Below, one piece after another: positions 41,359 through 52,040 of a stretch of DNA of 57,067 bases (position 1 is the first letter of the stretch; each line of letters starts with the position of its first letter). A model generated the notes under the pieces. The model was not told where the DNA came from. It saw nothing but the letters and a program-made list of their open reading frames with translations, and did not search any database. The translations under genes and the position numbers were made by a program. This DNA comes from a bacterium (lineage in GTDB: Bacteria; Patescibacteriota; Patescibacteriia; UBA9934), in the NCBI GenBank assembly GCA_043818555.1, contig JBDRFP010000012.1:1-57067 (forward strand). Reading direction: 5' to 3'.

Positions 41359-41763
41359 TCAGTTGAGCAGCAAGTATTCGATGGCAATGTCGAACGCACG
41401 ATTTGCGTCAGGACCTGGATACCCACCTCGAAATGTGAACTCTCCGATTGGAATGTACAGGGTAGAGCTGGCTCCAATGCAACCATCCGCGAACCTCACG
41501 AACTCGATGGACTCGTCCGGAGTCTCGCTCCAGCGCACACGGAACCCTTCGGTTGCGCCTATCGGAAGCTCAGCCTTAGCGAGCAGCTCTGGATACCCGA
41601 AGGTGCCGTAGCTCAGAAGTCCGTTGATCTCGTGCCAAACTCGTAGTGGCATCGCGCAATAAGCGACATCTAGAACGACGAAATTCCATCCAGCCCAACC
41701 GTCCGGATACTGCGTCGATGGCGGCCGCGACGCACGCGGATCGCAATAAAATACTTCACCCAT
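41359..41763 (-). CDS. Orphan hypothetical protein
   Basis: TTGACA...TATATT promoter, GGAGGG SD, terminator at 41295-41327. Confidence 0.65.
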   Translation of the reverse strand: MGEVFYCDPRASRPPSTQYPDGWAGWNFVVLDVAYCAMPLRVWHEINGLLSYGTFGYPELLAKAELPIGATEGFRVRWSETPDESIEFVRFADGCIGASSTLYIPIGEFTFRGGYPGPDANRAFDIAIEYLLLN

Positions 41764-42064
41764 GTTCCCTCCAGTTGTTTGAGACGCTAAAATATAGCAC
41801 AAAATCGCAATTTTGTCAATATTTCGCCTGTCTACTATCTACCCCCTGCTACTCGATCTGCTATCTACTTCAGCACACTAAACTTGACCCCGTTAGAAGT
41901 GCAGCGTGTTCAGGCTCGATATGTGCAAAACTACCAATGTTGGAGGTCTCATATATCGCTATTTTATTACTGAAACTTCAACGGGGTTGACAAAATCGCA
42001 AAAATGGGCTAGTATGCAGAGTCAGTATCAACCGATATTGGACCCCCTAAAACTGGAGGACGCC

Positions 42065-42460
42065 ATGAATGCCCTCGCATTCCTGACGCCAGAAGAACAA
42101 GCGCTCCCGGAAGCGGAGCGGTACTTGGCAAGGCGTGCACGAGAGCTCAAGGTGATCTCACCGAAACTCTACGATGTGCTTCAGCTCGACGAACTCGACG
42201 CCAGACAACTCCGCGCGTTCTTCCGCGCGCTCGAGCTACTGAGCTTCATTCGCATTTGCCCCTCGCATGTCGCGATCGCCTACACCAAGGACACGGACAT
42301 GCTCAAGGCGGAAATATCGAAATTCTCCTATGAGGAATTCATGATGCTTCAAGGATGCGTGTGCGGATGCTTCGGCCCCGAAGCTCTGCGAGAAGCGATC
42401 CGCATGAAGATCGCGCTAGTACTGCGCGTGCTGCGCATTGCTGGTTCTGGCAAAGTTTAG
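42065..42460 (+). CDS. Orphan hypothetical protein
   Basis: TTGACA promoter, GGAGG SD, hairpin terminator. Confidence 0.65.
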   Translation: MNALAFLTPEEQALPEAERYLARRARELKVISPKLYDVLQLDELDARQLRAFFRALELLSFIRICPSHVAIAYTKDTDMLKAEISKFSYEEFMMLQGCVCGCFGPEALREAIRMKIALVLRVLRIAGSGKV

Positions 42461-42520
42461 CCAAAACCAAAACCCCCGACGCTGGTCAAGTCAGCATCGG
42501 GGATTTTTTATTTTCTAAAA

Positions 42521-43057
42521 CTAGGCTGCTTTTTCCGCGCCTGCCAATTCTGCCGCGCCTAGCATTCGCGCCGCCCTATCGGTTGCTTTTTCAAGAATCT
42601 TTGCATCGCTCAATAGCCCCGCATTCTTCATACCTTCAATTATTCCAGCGATCTCATTGCGATCACTTTCAAACTTTTCACCTGCATCCATTCCTACACG
42701 CGCTGCTCTTTTCGCATATTCTTCAACAATCTTTAATTCGCTACTGTTGATGTCTGGAGCAAAAATGCTTTCCATAATAACTTGCGCCACGTGCTCTGAG
42801 CTGTCCCTGGATAACTGAGGTTGCTTTTCTGAAACGTTAATCATCTTGGATAACAGCTGACTTTTTGCATCTGAGACATCGATTGCGACTCCTTCACTTT
42901 CTACTTTGGAAATCTTTGAAGCCTTTCGCTCTCCTTCTTTGCCTGCCTCAGCTTCTGCTTGAAGCTTTTCCTTTTTTGCAAAATATGCCGCTTTACGTTC
43001 TTCTTCACTTTGTTCCTCGCCTTTAAACAGGCTAGAAACTGCATCTAAAAATCCCAT
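42521..43057 (-). CDS. Hypothetical charged helical protein
   Basis: Open frame, MGFLDAVSSLF start, E/K/A-rich. Confidence 0.6.
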   Translation of the reverse strand: MGFLDAVSSLFKGEEQSEEERKAAYFAKKEKLQAEAEAGKEGERKASKISKVESEGVAIDVSDAKSQLLSKMINVSEKQPQLSRDSSEHVAQVIMESIFAPDINSSELKIVEEYAKRAARVGMDAGEKFESDRNEIAGIIEGMKNAGLLSDAKILEKATDRAARMLGAAELAGAEKAA

Positions 43058-43193
43058 AGAATTTTGGTTAATTTCAAGCTCAATTGTACCAAGTTTAGGC
43101 GATTCTTGTCTAGGCTTGGCGTCATCATATTGAAAAATATGTTTTTTATGATATTCTGCCCTGTTCAATCAACAACACAAAAAGGAGAAAATA

Positions 43194-43631
43194 ATGAACA
43201 AAACGACCGAGTATGAATTGAAGCAACGAATCGCCCGGCTCGAAAGAAGGCTTCAACAACTCGGCCACGAAACCGTGGTCGTGTACACGGACGGTCCGTA
43301 CAAGAACATCTTCGTGTCCTGGCTAGACCAGTCAATCGAACCGTGGACACTGGGCAAGGACACGGTGGAGATGGAAAGATCGGTAGCGCAAAAGTCCGGC
43401 TTCATGGAGTGGGACCCGGAGAAGAGAGTCATGGTTGCCGTAGGCGACGACCTGGACGGGCAGTTCATCGACGCCAGGCACATCCAGGAAGATCCGGAAC
43501 GCTGCATGCGAGGTGGCGCCCTAGTCAAGTGGCGTGAGTACCTCTACGCCGAGGCCGACCACAAACGCCTGGTCATGACCATGAACGATGCCGTGCAATG
43601 CGGCTACCAGTGCGCGTTTCTTGTGCCCTGA
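43194..43631 (+). CDS. Orphan hypothetical protein
   Basis: AAGGAG SD, GC-rich third positions. Confidence 0.65.
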   Translation: MNKTTEYELKQRIARLERRLQQLGHETVVVYTDGPYKNIFVSWLDQSIEPWTLGKDTVEMERSVAQKSGFMEWDPEKRVMVAVGDDLDGQFIDARHIQEDPERCMRGGALVKWREYLYAEADHKRLVMTMNDAVQCGYQCAFLVP

Positions 43632-43697
43632 CCTCCATCGCCTACTAGCGCGCCTACACCCGTAGGTGCGTTATTATTTTTCTGCTATACTAGTAAC

Positions 43698-45533
43698 ATG
43701 TTACCGCTACTCGCGATCATATTTATGCTCGCAACACCGTCGACCGCGCACGCTGCCAGCGCAGGCGATCTTTTAACTTGTCCTGACACCGATGCTGTGT
43801 ACGAGTTGCAGGACGACGGCACTCGCTGGGTCTTTCCAAACGATGCCACGTTCTTCACCTGGTACGACGACTTTGACGATGTCGGATCGGTCAGTTGTAA
43901 AAATATATCCCGATACCCGCTCAGCGGTGTTGTAACTTACGCGCCCGGCTCGCGCCTTGTAAAAATCCAGACCGACCCAAAAGTCTACGCAGTTGCAAAC
44001 GGCGGAGTGCTGAATTGGATACAAACAGAGGCTGACGCCAGGAATCGTTATGGCGCAAACTGGAATTCGCTTGTCGATGATGTATCGGTCGGATTTTGGC
44101 CGTTATATACAATTGGCGAGGCGCTCGATGTGCTGGACAGTGACGAAGAAGTCGTCGAATCTGACATTCCTGCGCCCGATCTGGTCGGGCCATCTGTGGC
44201 AATCAGCGGCGAATCATACACCATTGATTGGTCGGCTGTAACCGGCGCGACAGAATACATACTTCAGGAAGATGATGACGACGACTTCCCGAGCCCAACT
44301 TCTACCAACTTTGAAATTGAAGACGAAACCAAAATCGCTTACACCAAAACCACTGCGTCAAATCAAACTTACTATTATCGAATCCAAACTCGAATAAGCG
44401 GTTCTTTGAGCGCTTGGAGCGACACCATTTCCGTGCAGGTCAAACCGCTATACTTAATTAACGGCGTGCCTGACATTAATCAGCCTCCTTACAACTCGCT
44501 CAGAGCATCGATCACAAACGGATGGTCGGCTCCAATGGCAGCGGCAAACATTTTTGAATACCATGACGACCACGGCACTGACTTCGCAGATAGCATAACC
44601 GGCGACCTGTCAGACAAGGGGCTTGGCGACTATCTTGGCTGGTTCATGGACACAAACAATTTAGGAAGCGGTGGCCGGGTCAATGCCGGCAACGGAGGCA
44701 CTTTGAACGGTGACATTGCAAACGGCATGCAGGACTTTTCATTCTGGGAAGGCGGACAGCCTGCCGATTTTGGATTTGCCGTCCCTAACGAAATCAGCGG
44801 TAAATCAAGCTACACTGGCTGGACTTTTTCATCCGTGAGCGGGACATCGCCAACAGGGGGTTGGAACCGCGTTAAGGCAAATATCTCAACAGGCCTGCCC
44901 GTACTTGTGGTTTTCAAATATTGGAACCCTGACGGCCTTGGGAAAACCTACAACGGCGTTTCCATTTACACCTGGGGCGACGAAGTTGAAAGCTCGGTTG
45001 ATTCCAGAATCGGAACCGTAGCGCCGGTTGAAGAATGGAACTTTGGAGTTGGAACAAGCGGCATTGGGCACGCGGTGACTGCGATAGGTTACATTCTAGA
45101 TTATGATGCCAAGGACGGTAATGGCGAACAAGACTGGATAGTCGTTCACGACACCTGGCCTTCGACGCCAAATCCGCTCGCGATCCCATGGAACAACTTT
45201 TCTTATGCGGTCATAGTGTCGCCCGGTGAAAACAAAGCTCCAAGCGGCACGCCTTCGCTTTCAGGCGTTGAAGAATCATTCAGCGGAGAGACATTTGTAC
45301 TCAGCTGGGGCAGAGCAACGGCAGCGACCTATTACGAAATCGAATGGGACACATCAAGCGGATTCATTAACCCGAGTAGCTCCACCACAGAGGTCGGCGG
45401 CCAGATTTATGAATTTAACGCCAGCCAAACTGTGAGCGTTGACACAACTTATTATTACCGAATTCGGGCAATGAACGAATATGGAGCCGGCGACTGGAGT
45501 AGCAAGCTTGAGGTCGATATTGTGGCGCCGTGA
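43698..45533 (+). CDS. Secreted protein: N-terminal repeat domain, FN3-like domains flanking a C39/papain-like peptidase-like domain
   Basis: Signal peptide (AHA), PGSRLVKIQTDPKVYAV, TYYYRI...S.WS FN3 motifs twice, GHAVTAIGY...WIVVHDTW. Confidence 0.75.
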   Translation: MLPLLAIIFMLATPSTAHAASAGDLLTCPDTDAVYELQDDGTRWVFPNDATFFTWYDDFDDVGSVSCKNISRYPLSGVVTYAPGSRLVKIQTDPKVYAVANGGVLNWIQTEADARNRYGANWNSLVDDVSVGFWPLYTIGEALDVLDSDEEVVESDIPAPDLVGPSVAISGESYTIDWSAVTGATEYILQEDDDDDFPSPTSTNFEIEDETKIAYTKTTASNQTYYYRIQTRISGSLSAWSDTISVQVKPLYLINGVPDINQPPYNSLRASITNGWSAPMAAANIFEYHDDHGTDFADSITGDLSDKGLGDYLGWFMDTNNLGSGGRVNAGNGGTLNGDIANGMQDFSFWEGGQPADFGFAVPNEISGKSSYTGWTFSSVSGTSPTGGWNRVKANISTGLPVLVVFKYWNPDGLGKTYNGVSIYTWGDEVESSVDSRIGTVAPVEEWNFGVGTSGIGHAVTAIGYILDYDAKDGNGEQDWIVVHDTWPSTPNPLAIPWNNFSYAVIVSPGENKAPSGTPSLSGVEESFSGETFVLSWGRATAATYYEIEWDTSSGFINPSSSTTEVGGQIYEFNASQTVSVDTTYYYRIRAMNEYGAGDWSSKLEVDIVAP

Positions 45534-45707
45534 GAATTTCAAATGGTCGCTGGGCTGTTTGGAAGTCGGTATTGGGATACAGAAAGTGGAAAGTGGTTAT
45601 TCGACAACCATTTTCCCATTTCCAAGCAACCACTGTCGTTTTCTGGGCGACCAAGCAGCCAAGCTCCCAAAAATAAAACCGCGTATTAAACGCGGTAGAG
45701 TAGCGGC

Positions 45708-46493
45708 CTAGTTGGCCGCCATTTCATTTCCCCGTGAATCACTGCGAGTGGCATTCGTGCTTGCGCTCATCTCGTCGATCCACGACTTGAGCGACCGCGG
45801 CATAGCCATGCCTGCCGCCTGCACCACCTGCGCGCACTCCGGCCCGAAGCCAAAGGCCATGGGCCAGCCTTCGCGCCGAATGGCAGGCATCTGATTGTAG
45901 TCGTGCCAGCCACCGCAGAGACAGAAGTCGCGCGCGTTCACATGCACGACGCACTCTGTCAGAATGAAGCCATCTGGCATAGTCCTCGTGAATGCCTTGT
46001 CTATCTTCCCTCCTTCCTGAGCTTTCCTGGCAACTACGAGGATTGCCTCGCGCGCCTGCCGCATGAAGTCATATGGAACAAATAGCGGAACAAAGTCCCC
46101 GCCCACATGCACCAATCCGGTACGATCGGGGTTACCGACATTGATGCCTTGTGAAATCCGCTCAGCGCATTTCTCGCAGAATCTCTCGCGACAGCCTTGG
46201 CGAATCTTGTCCAGATCCCCGCTAATGCCTGAGCGAAACCTCATTCCAACATACACCCTCATGTTCTTCGGATTTTCCAGATCAATCACCTCCCGTGGGA
46301 ACATGGTCGCGACAGTGGGGTGCACCCGCACTCCCAGATGTTCCGGCACTGGAGCTCCGCACAGAACGCAAGGCGTTGCGTGCTGCCTCCAGGCTCGGCC
46401 CAGCTTGCACAGGCCGTCGTCACCAACAGAATCCTTGTCGTGGAACCTGTTGGCGCATCGGCCATTGGAACCTTTCGAGCATGTTACATACAT
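45708..46493 (-). CDS. Orphan Cys/His-rich hypothetical protein
   Basis: AGGAGG SD, TTGACA promoter, several CxxC pairs. Confidence 0.65.
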   Translation of the reverse strand: MYVTCSKGSNGRCANRFHDKDSVGDDGLCKLGRAWRQHATPCVLCGAPVPEHLGVRVHPTVATMFPREVIDLENPKNMRVYVGMRFRSGISGDLDKIRQGCRERFCEKCAERISQGINVGNPDRTGLVHVGGDFVPLFVPYDFMRQAREAILVVARKAQEGGKIDKAFTRTMPDGFILTECVVHVNARDFCLCGGWHDYNQMPAIRREGWPMAFGFGPECAQVVQAAGMAMPRSLKSWIDEMSASTNATRSDSRGNEMAAN

Positions 46494-46686
46494 CTCTCCC
46501 TCCTGTTTTGTCCCATTTAGTCCTCTACTCGAAGACACTTAAATCTAACATTCACTTGCGTTTTTGTCAAATATTTGACAAAATCCACGCGTTGCCTTAC
46601 ACTCCCACAATAAATTCGCTTTCCAAATAATAAACCCCCCAGCCTTCTGGAATAAACCCTGTTACCTGTCAATAAACACACAACCT

Positions 46687-46842
46687 ATGTCACAAGATAA
46701 TCTAATCAGGCTAGAGTGCACTGAATGCAAAAAAATCAACTACCAGTCAAAAAAGAATAAAAAAATCATTAAAGACAGGCTGGAAATGAAAAAGCACTGT
46801 AAGTGGTGTGAGAAGCACACAATGCACAAAGAAACAAAATAA
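46687..46842 (+). CDS. rpmG: 50S ribosomal protein L33
   Basis: Manual translation [51 protein letters not shown] (below the ORF-track cutoff). Confidence 0.95.
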   Translation: MSQDNLIRLECTECKKINYQSKKNKKIIKDRLEMKKHCKWCEKHTMHKETK

Positions 46843-46917
46843 TCATAAAAACCCTCAAGGTTGTGGCAACCTCGAGGGTTTATCGTTAACTACTGACTAC
46901 CGGATTCCAACAACAAT

Positions 46918-47718
46918 TTACTTAAGTTTCTTAGCGGCCAAGGCTTCCTTAATCCTCTCCTCAAAAATCGGGATTTTTTTGTTTTCAGGATTTACGCCTG
47001 CGAGCTGATCGAGCGCGGCCTGAGCTTCATGGGTCTTGCCGACCTCAATAGCGCTGTCAATATAAAAATCTAAATACTTTGGATTCTTTGGACTAAGCTC
47101 AATCGCCTCTGCAAAATACCCAAACGCCTCTTCATACTTGCCCTGCCTGACAGCCACTTCGCCCAGGCTTGTAATTACGCTCGCGTCGTCCGGAGCCAGC
47201 TTACGCAAAAACTCAAAAGTCTCCTGCGCAAGCTCGAGATTCTTCCTGATCAAATACAGCCGCCCAAGCTCTTCATAAGCTTCGGTATTTTTTGGGTCAG
47301 AACTAATTACCTCAATCAAAGCTTTTTCTGCCCTTGCCCATTCCTCTTTTCCTGCCAACGCCCTTGCGTCCTCAATCATCTGCGCCAGCGTGTTTTTGTC
47401 GATCTTCTCTCCGTTGGTAAGCTTATTCTTCTCCTGATATTTTCGCTCGACCGCGGTCAGCTTGCCAATTAGTCGCCTTGTAATATTTTGCATCCCTTTT
47501 CCAACCGGCCCAATCACCAAACCCTGGGCTCGCTTAGCCTGCCGCGCGCCGGCCCGTTCAATTCTCTGGCGCATCAGGTCATACTTCAGCCTTTTAGCTT
47601 GAGACTCAGGCAAACTTGAAGGATCGATTATTCTAAGCTGAGGCAATTTTTTTACAAACAGCCAAATAAGAGCCCCGGCGCCGACAATAATTAAGATGAT
47701 TAAAAAGATTATCCACAT
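46918..47718 (-). CDS. Membrane-anchored TPR protein
   Basis: N-terminal TM, TPR motifs (DPKNTEAYEELGRLY; SPKNPKYL). Confidence 0.85.
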   Translation of the reverse strand: MWIIFLIILIIVGAGALIWLFVKKLPQLRIIDPSSLPESQAKRLKYDLMRQRIERAGARQAKRAQGLVIGPVGKGMQNITRRLIGKLTAVERKYQEKNKLTNGEKIDKNTLAQMIEDARALAGKEEWARAEKALIEVISSDPKNTEAYEELGRLYLIRKNLELAQETFEFLRKLAPDDASVITSLGEVAVRQGKYEEAFGYFAEAIELSPKNPKYLDFYIDSAIEVGKTHEAQAALDQLAGVNPENKKIPIFEERIKEALAAKKLK

Positions 47719-47729
47719 AAAGTTCCGTT

Positions 47730-48512
47730 TTACAGACTATCGGCCTGAGCTTCAATTACATCAATGCCGGCATTGATGATTTTATCAAACTCACTTAAGC
47801 TGCGGCTCGCTCCGCCAACAAGCAGGCCGTCAACTTCGCTCTCTCGCAAAAACTGATACGCATTTTCAGAATCAACCGAGCCACCGTAGACGACTTTTAC
47901 CCGGTCGCCATCAAGATTGGAAATTTTGCGAGCCTGCGCCCTAATGTGTTGATGCATCTCGGCAATATCACCCGGGTTAGCATTCTTGCCTGTCCCGATA
48001 GCCCAAAGCGGTTCGTAGGCAATAATAATCCGGCGATTCTTGGGTAGCGACAACTTTGACAGCGCCGCCTTAACCTGGCCTGTTACAAATTCGAACGCTT
48101 CCCCTGCTTCACGCACGCCCCATGGTTCGCCAACGCACAAAATCGGAGTAAGCCTTGACGACTCAATCACTGTTTTGAGTTTTTGACTCACCAGTTCGTC
48201 TGATTCGCAAAAATGCTCCCGCCGTTCAGAATGGCCAATAATTACAAACGAGCAATTCAGATCTTCCAGCATTGCGGTGGACACCTCGCCGGTGAAGCGG
48301 CCTGATTTTGCCGGTCCGCAATTTTGCGCGCCCAAATGAACACGGCTTCGCGCGGTTACCTTGTGGATTTCGCTAAGCGATGTAAACGCTGGGCAAATCA
48401 CAACTTCAGGCGTTATGTCCTTGCCCCTGAGTGAACGCAAAACTCCGCGCGCGAGCGCAACGCTTTCACGAATGCCAAGATGCATTTTCCAGTTACCAAT
48501 TATGTATTTCAT
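47730..48512 (-). CDS. tpiA: Triosephosphate isomerase
   Basis: IGNWKM, IGHSERR, AYEPLWAIGTG, YGGSV, DGLLVGGAS. Confidence 0.97.
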   Translation of the reverse strand: MKYIIGNWKMHLGIRESVALARGVLRSLRGKDITPEVVICPAFTSLSEIHKVTARSRVHLGAQNCGPAKSGRFTGEVSTAMLEDLNCSFVIIGHSERREHFCESDELVSQKLKTVIESSRLTPILCVGEPWGVREAGEAFEFVTGQVKAALSKLSLPKNRRIIIAYEPLWAIGTGKNANPGDIAEMHQHIRAQARKISNLDGDRVKVVYGGSVDSENAYQFLRESEVDGLLVGGASRSLSEFDKIINAGIDVIEAQADSL

Positions 48513-48513
48513 A

Positions 48514-48654
48514 CCCGGTGGTACAACTTTAAATTATGTGTTTTTCGTAAAAGCCCTCTAGAATAATTGGACAAGAATAATGAATCCGTTGGACATGTCC
48601 AAAGCTCGTATTACTGACAACTAAGACAGAGCTTTTCAAAGTTGTCCCACCGGG
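48514..48654. mobile_element. MITE-like inverted-repeat element at the tpiA start codon
   Basis: CCCGGTGGTACAACTTT...AAAGTTGTCCCACCGGG flanked on both sides by CATA. Confidence 0.65.
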
Positions 48655-48709
48655 CATATTCTGTTTTTCGCCTACTTACTACTAACTACTTCCTACTTAC
48701 TTGCGTTGC

Positions 48710-49987
48710 CTAGCCTATCACGGGCAAGTGCCTCAGTAAAGCTGCGTCGGTCTTGTAAGGACCAATGGCCGCAATTGAAAGCTTTTTAAAATTAATTACT
48801 TCCTGCGCTATCTTTTGCACATCGCCGCCAGTTACCTGATTGATCTTTGCAAGCTTTTCTTCAAGCGACTCAACAGCCCCAAAAAACAACTCCTGCCTGC
48901 AAACAAACTCAGCGCGATTTGACGAATCTTCAAAGCCCAGCTTTGCCGCGCCCTCAGCTTGGTCTTTTGCAAATTTGAGTTCCTGAGCCGTTACCCCGTC
49001 CTTTACCATCTTCCTAAGTTCGCTCACAATTACCTTCAGCGCCTCATCCAGCCTGCCGGCATCCAGCCCGGCGCGGATTAACAGCATACCAACATCCTCA
49101 TAAGCCTCGACGCCTGCGCGCACAAAGTAACAAAGGCCCCGTCGCTCGCGCACTTCAGTAAACAGCCTGGAACTCATAGTTCCGCCAAGAATATTTGCCA
49201 TAATTTGAAATGCCGGCATCTGTTTGCTCTTCATGTTAGGCCCTGGGAAACTAAGCGCAACTTGAATCTGTTTTAAATCTTTGTACTGCCTTGCTACCCT
49301 TGGTGTTTCCCGCTCAGGCATTTGACCAAACGGCATGAACGATTCAGGTTCAGCGCCCTGTTTTACGCGTCCAAATGTATTATTCAGCAATGCCACAATC
49401 CCCTTTGGAATCTTGCCGGCAACCACCACAACCATTTCAGACGGTACATAATACCGGTCTCGGTACCTTATTATGTCGCTCCGCCTCATTTTAATCATCG
49501 ACTCCGGAGTGCCGGCGATTTCACGCCCGAGCGGATTGCCGTCAAACATAGCCAGTTCAATCATGTCGCCAATATGCATCATTGGATTCTCCTCGTACAT
49601 TTTGATCTCTTCCAAAATCACACCTTTTTCACGCTTTACCTCAACCGGCGCGTATAGCGATTTAATAAGCATGTCGTAGAGAAGTTCAACCGCAATGCCC
49701 AATTTGTCGCTTGCGATTTTTACATAGTAGCCTGTGAGATCCTTGCCGGTGTAGGCGTTAAACTGAGCGCCGTAGCGATCGAGAATTCGTGAAATGTCCA
49801 CGGTCTTTGGCCGCTTCTTTGTGCCTTTAAACATGAGGTGCTCAATAAAATGCGACGCGCCCCACAAATTCAAAGGCTCATAGCGCGACCCAACTTTAAC
49901 AAGCACCAGAACGGTTGCGGCCTCTGTACCTTCAAACGGCACCAAGTGATACCGCATTCCGTTTGTTAGTTGTTTTGCTTTTTGCAT
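48710..49987 (-). CDS. M16 (pitrilysin) family zinc peptidase
   Basis: GASHFIEHLMFKGT inverted HxxEH, NAYT, ILGGTMSSRLFTEVRERRGLCY. Confidence 0.95.
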   Translation of the reverse strand: MQKAKQLTNGMRYHLVPFEGTEAATVLVLVKVGSRYEPLNLWGASHFIEHLMFKGTKKRPKTVDISRILDRYGAQFNAYTGKDLTGYYVKIASDKLGIAVELLYDMLIKSLYAPVEVKREKGVILEEIKMYEENPMMHIGDMIELAMFDGNPLGREIAGTPESMIKMRRSDIIRYRDRYYVPSEMVVVVAGKIPKGIVALLNNTFGRVKQGAEPESFMPFGQMPERETPRVARQYKDLKQIQVALSFPGPNMKSKQMPAFQIMANILGGTMSSRLFTEVRERRGLCYFVRAGVEAYEDVGMLLIRAGLDAGRLDEALKVIVSELRKMVKDGVTAQELKFAKDQAEGAAKLGFEDSSNRAEFVCRQELFFGAVESLEEKLAKINQVTGGDVQKIAQEVINFKKLSIAAIGPYKTDAALLRHLPVIG

Positions 49988-50010
49988 AGGTCGAATAGGT
50001 CCTATAAGAC

Positions 50011-51333
50011 CTATAAATGGGCATTAAAGTACTCCCCTAACTCAGCAATAGCCACCCTATCCTGCTTCATAGTGTCGCGATCGCGGACAGTCACCGCATG
50101 GTCTTCAAGCGAGTCAAAATCAACTGTAACGCAATACGGCGTGCCGATTTCATCCTGGCGACGATACCTTCGGCCGATCGACTGAGTTTCGTCGTAATCA
50201 ACATTCCACTTTGCCGAAAGCTTTTCAACGATTGGCATGGCAACATTTCGTAACTCCGGCTTTTTCGATAAAGGCAGCACTGCAATCTTAACTGGCGCGA
50301 GCGCGTACGGGAATTTCATCACCACTCGCTTATCGACTCCGCCGTCTGCTTTTGGAGCTTCCTCTTCAGAGTAGGCCGATACCAACATTGCCAGCACCGT
50401 GCGGTCGACCCCAAGCGATGGCTCAATTACATGTGGTATAAATTTCTCACCACTCTCTGGGTCGGTGTAGGTCAAATCGTGGCCACTTCCCTCGCTGTGC
50501 TTGCGCAGGTCGTAGTCAGTTCTGTAGGCAAGCCCGTAAAGCTCATCACGGCCAAACGGAAAATCAAACTCAATATCTACTGTGCGATCAGAATAATGTG
50601 CCCTGTCCTTGCCCTTCACCTCCAAATCGTGCACCAGCTCCTTTTTGATTCCGCAAAACTCAATCCACTTATGAATTTCGCCAAGCCACATTTCAAACTT
50701 CTCTTTCCAGTCTTCAGGACGGATGAAGTACTCAATCTCCATCTGCTCAAACTCGCGCGTGCGGAAAATAAAATTTCCTGGTGTAATTTCGTTTCTGAAC
50801 GCCTTCCCGATTTGGGCAATGCCAAACGGGATTCGTTTGCGCGAACTGGTGAGCACCTGCTCAAAGTCGGCAAAAATCGCCTGCGCAGTTTCCGGCCGCA
50901 AATACACCACGCTCGCCGACGCCTCTTTCGGCCCCATGAATGTTTTAAACATTATGTTAAATGTTGTCGGCTCTGTAAACTGTCCACTCTTGCCGCATTT
51001 GGCGCACGGAGCATTCATGTCAATATGGTCGGCACGGTAGCGCTCATTACAATTTTTGCACTCAGTAATCTCATCACCAAAAGCCTTTGACAAATGCCCA
51101 GACGTTTCCCACACTTTCGGATTCATAATAACCGCCCCATCAATCCCAACCATGTCGATCCGACCGTGCACAAACCTCTTCCACCACGCAGCCTTCACAT
51201 TGTTTTTAAGCTCAACTCCAAGCGGACCGTAGTCCCAAGAATTTGCCAGGCCGCCATAAATATCAGAACCGGGGAATACGAATCCCCGTGTCTTTGCAAG
51301 ACTGACTATTGTTTCCATTTGTACTTTTTGCAT
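50011..51333 (-). CDS. glyQS: Glycine--tRNA ligase (homodimeric type)
   Basis: YLRPETAQ, FRNEITP, RTREFEQME, VIEPSLGVDR, IGRRYRRQDEIGTP. Confidence 0.97.
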   Translation of the reverse strand: MQKVQMETIVSLAKTRGFVFPGSDIYGGLANSWDYGPLGVELKNNVKAAWWKRFVHGRIDMVGIDGAVIMNPKVWETSGHLSKAFGDEITECKNCNERYRADHIDMNAPCAKCGKSGQFTEPTTFNIMFKTFMGPKEASASVVYLRPETAQAIFADFEQVLTSSRKRIPFGIAQIGKAFRNEITPGNFIFRTREFEQMEIEYFIRPEDWKEKFEMWLGEIHKWIEFCGIKKELVHDLEVKGKDRAHYSDRTVDIEFDFPFGRDELYGLAYRTDYDLRKHSEGSGHDLTYTDPESGEKFIPHVIEPSLGVDRTVLAMLVSAYSEEEAPKADGGVDKRVVMKFPYALAPVKIAVLPLSKKPELRNVAMPIVEKLSAKWNVDYDETQSIGRRYRRQDEIGTPYCVTVDFDSLEDHAVTVRDRDTMKQDRVAIAELGEYFNAHL

Positions 51334-51408
51334 AAAATTATAAATCCTAAATTCTAAACTCTAAATAAATTGGAAATTAGAAATTCGAATTATGTATCTA
51401 TCTAGGAT

Positions 51409-51951
51409 TTAAACCGTGGTAATCTGCTCCTCTTTCTTCTTCCCTATCTCCTCAATCTCCCCGTTCATTTCTTTTGTGAGCTTCTCGAGCGAATCAAGCA
51501 AGTTATGTTTTTCGTCCTCTCCTATCCCCTCGGTTTTTTCAATGCCTTTTTTGATTTCTTCACGGACCTGTCGCACGGCCACGCGCGCAGCTTCAAGTTT
51601 TTCCTTCATGAGTTTTACCATCTGCTGACGAGTTTCGTCAGTCATCTGTGGCATGATTAGTCTGATAGTTTTACCGTCTAAGTTTGGATTCATGCCCAAA
51701 TTAGCTTTTTGCAACGCGGTTTCAATAGCCTTTACAACCGACCCGTCCCACGGTTCGATTTGTAGAGTTTTTGCGTCAGGAGTGGAAATTGACGCCAAAG
51801 CCTTAAGCGGCTGAATGGCGCCGTAAGCCTCAATATTTATGTTCTCAACCAGCGCGGGGTTAGATCTGCCTGTTCGAATTGAAGATAGCTCCTGAACCAG
51901 ATGTTCCAGGGCCTTTTGAAATTGCGGTCTTGAGTCGTCGACTTGGGTCAT
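51409..51951 (-). CDS. frr: Ribosome recycling factor
   Basis: IRTGRSNPALVE, ARVAVRQVR. Confidence 0.96.
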   Translation of the reverse strand: MTQVDDSRPQFQKALEHLVQELSSIRTGRSNPALVENINIEAYGAIQPLKALASISTPDAKTLQIEPWDGSVVKAIETALQKANLGMNPNLDGKTIRLIMPQMTDETRQQMVKLMKEKLEAARVAVRQVREEIKKGIEKTEGIGEDEKHNLLDSLEKLTKEMNGEIEEIGKKKEEQITTV

Positions 51952-52040
51952 AAATTGAAAATTATAGGTCGTATAGGTCCTACAGGACTTATTCCGAGCT
52001 TTAGTTAGCCCCTCTATATTGTCAAATCAGGGCAAACTCG

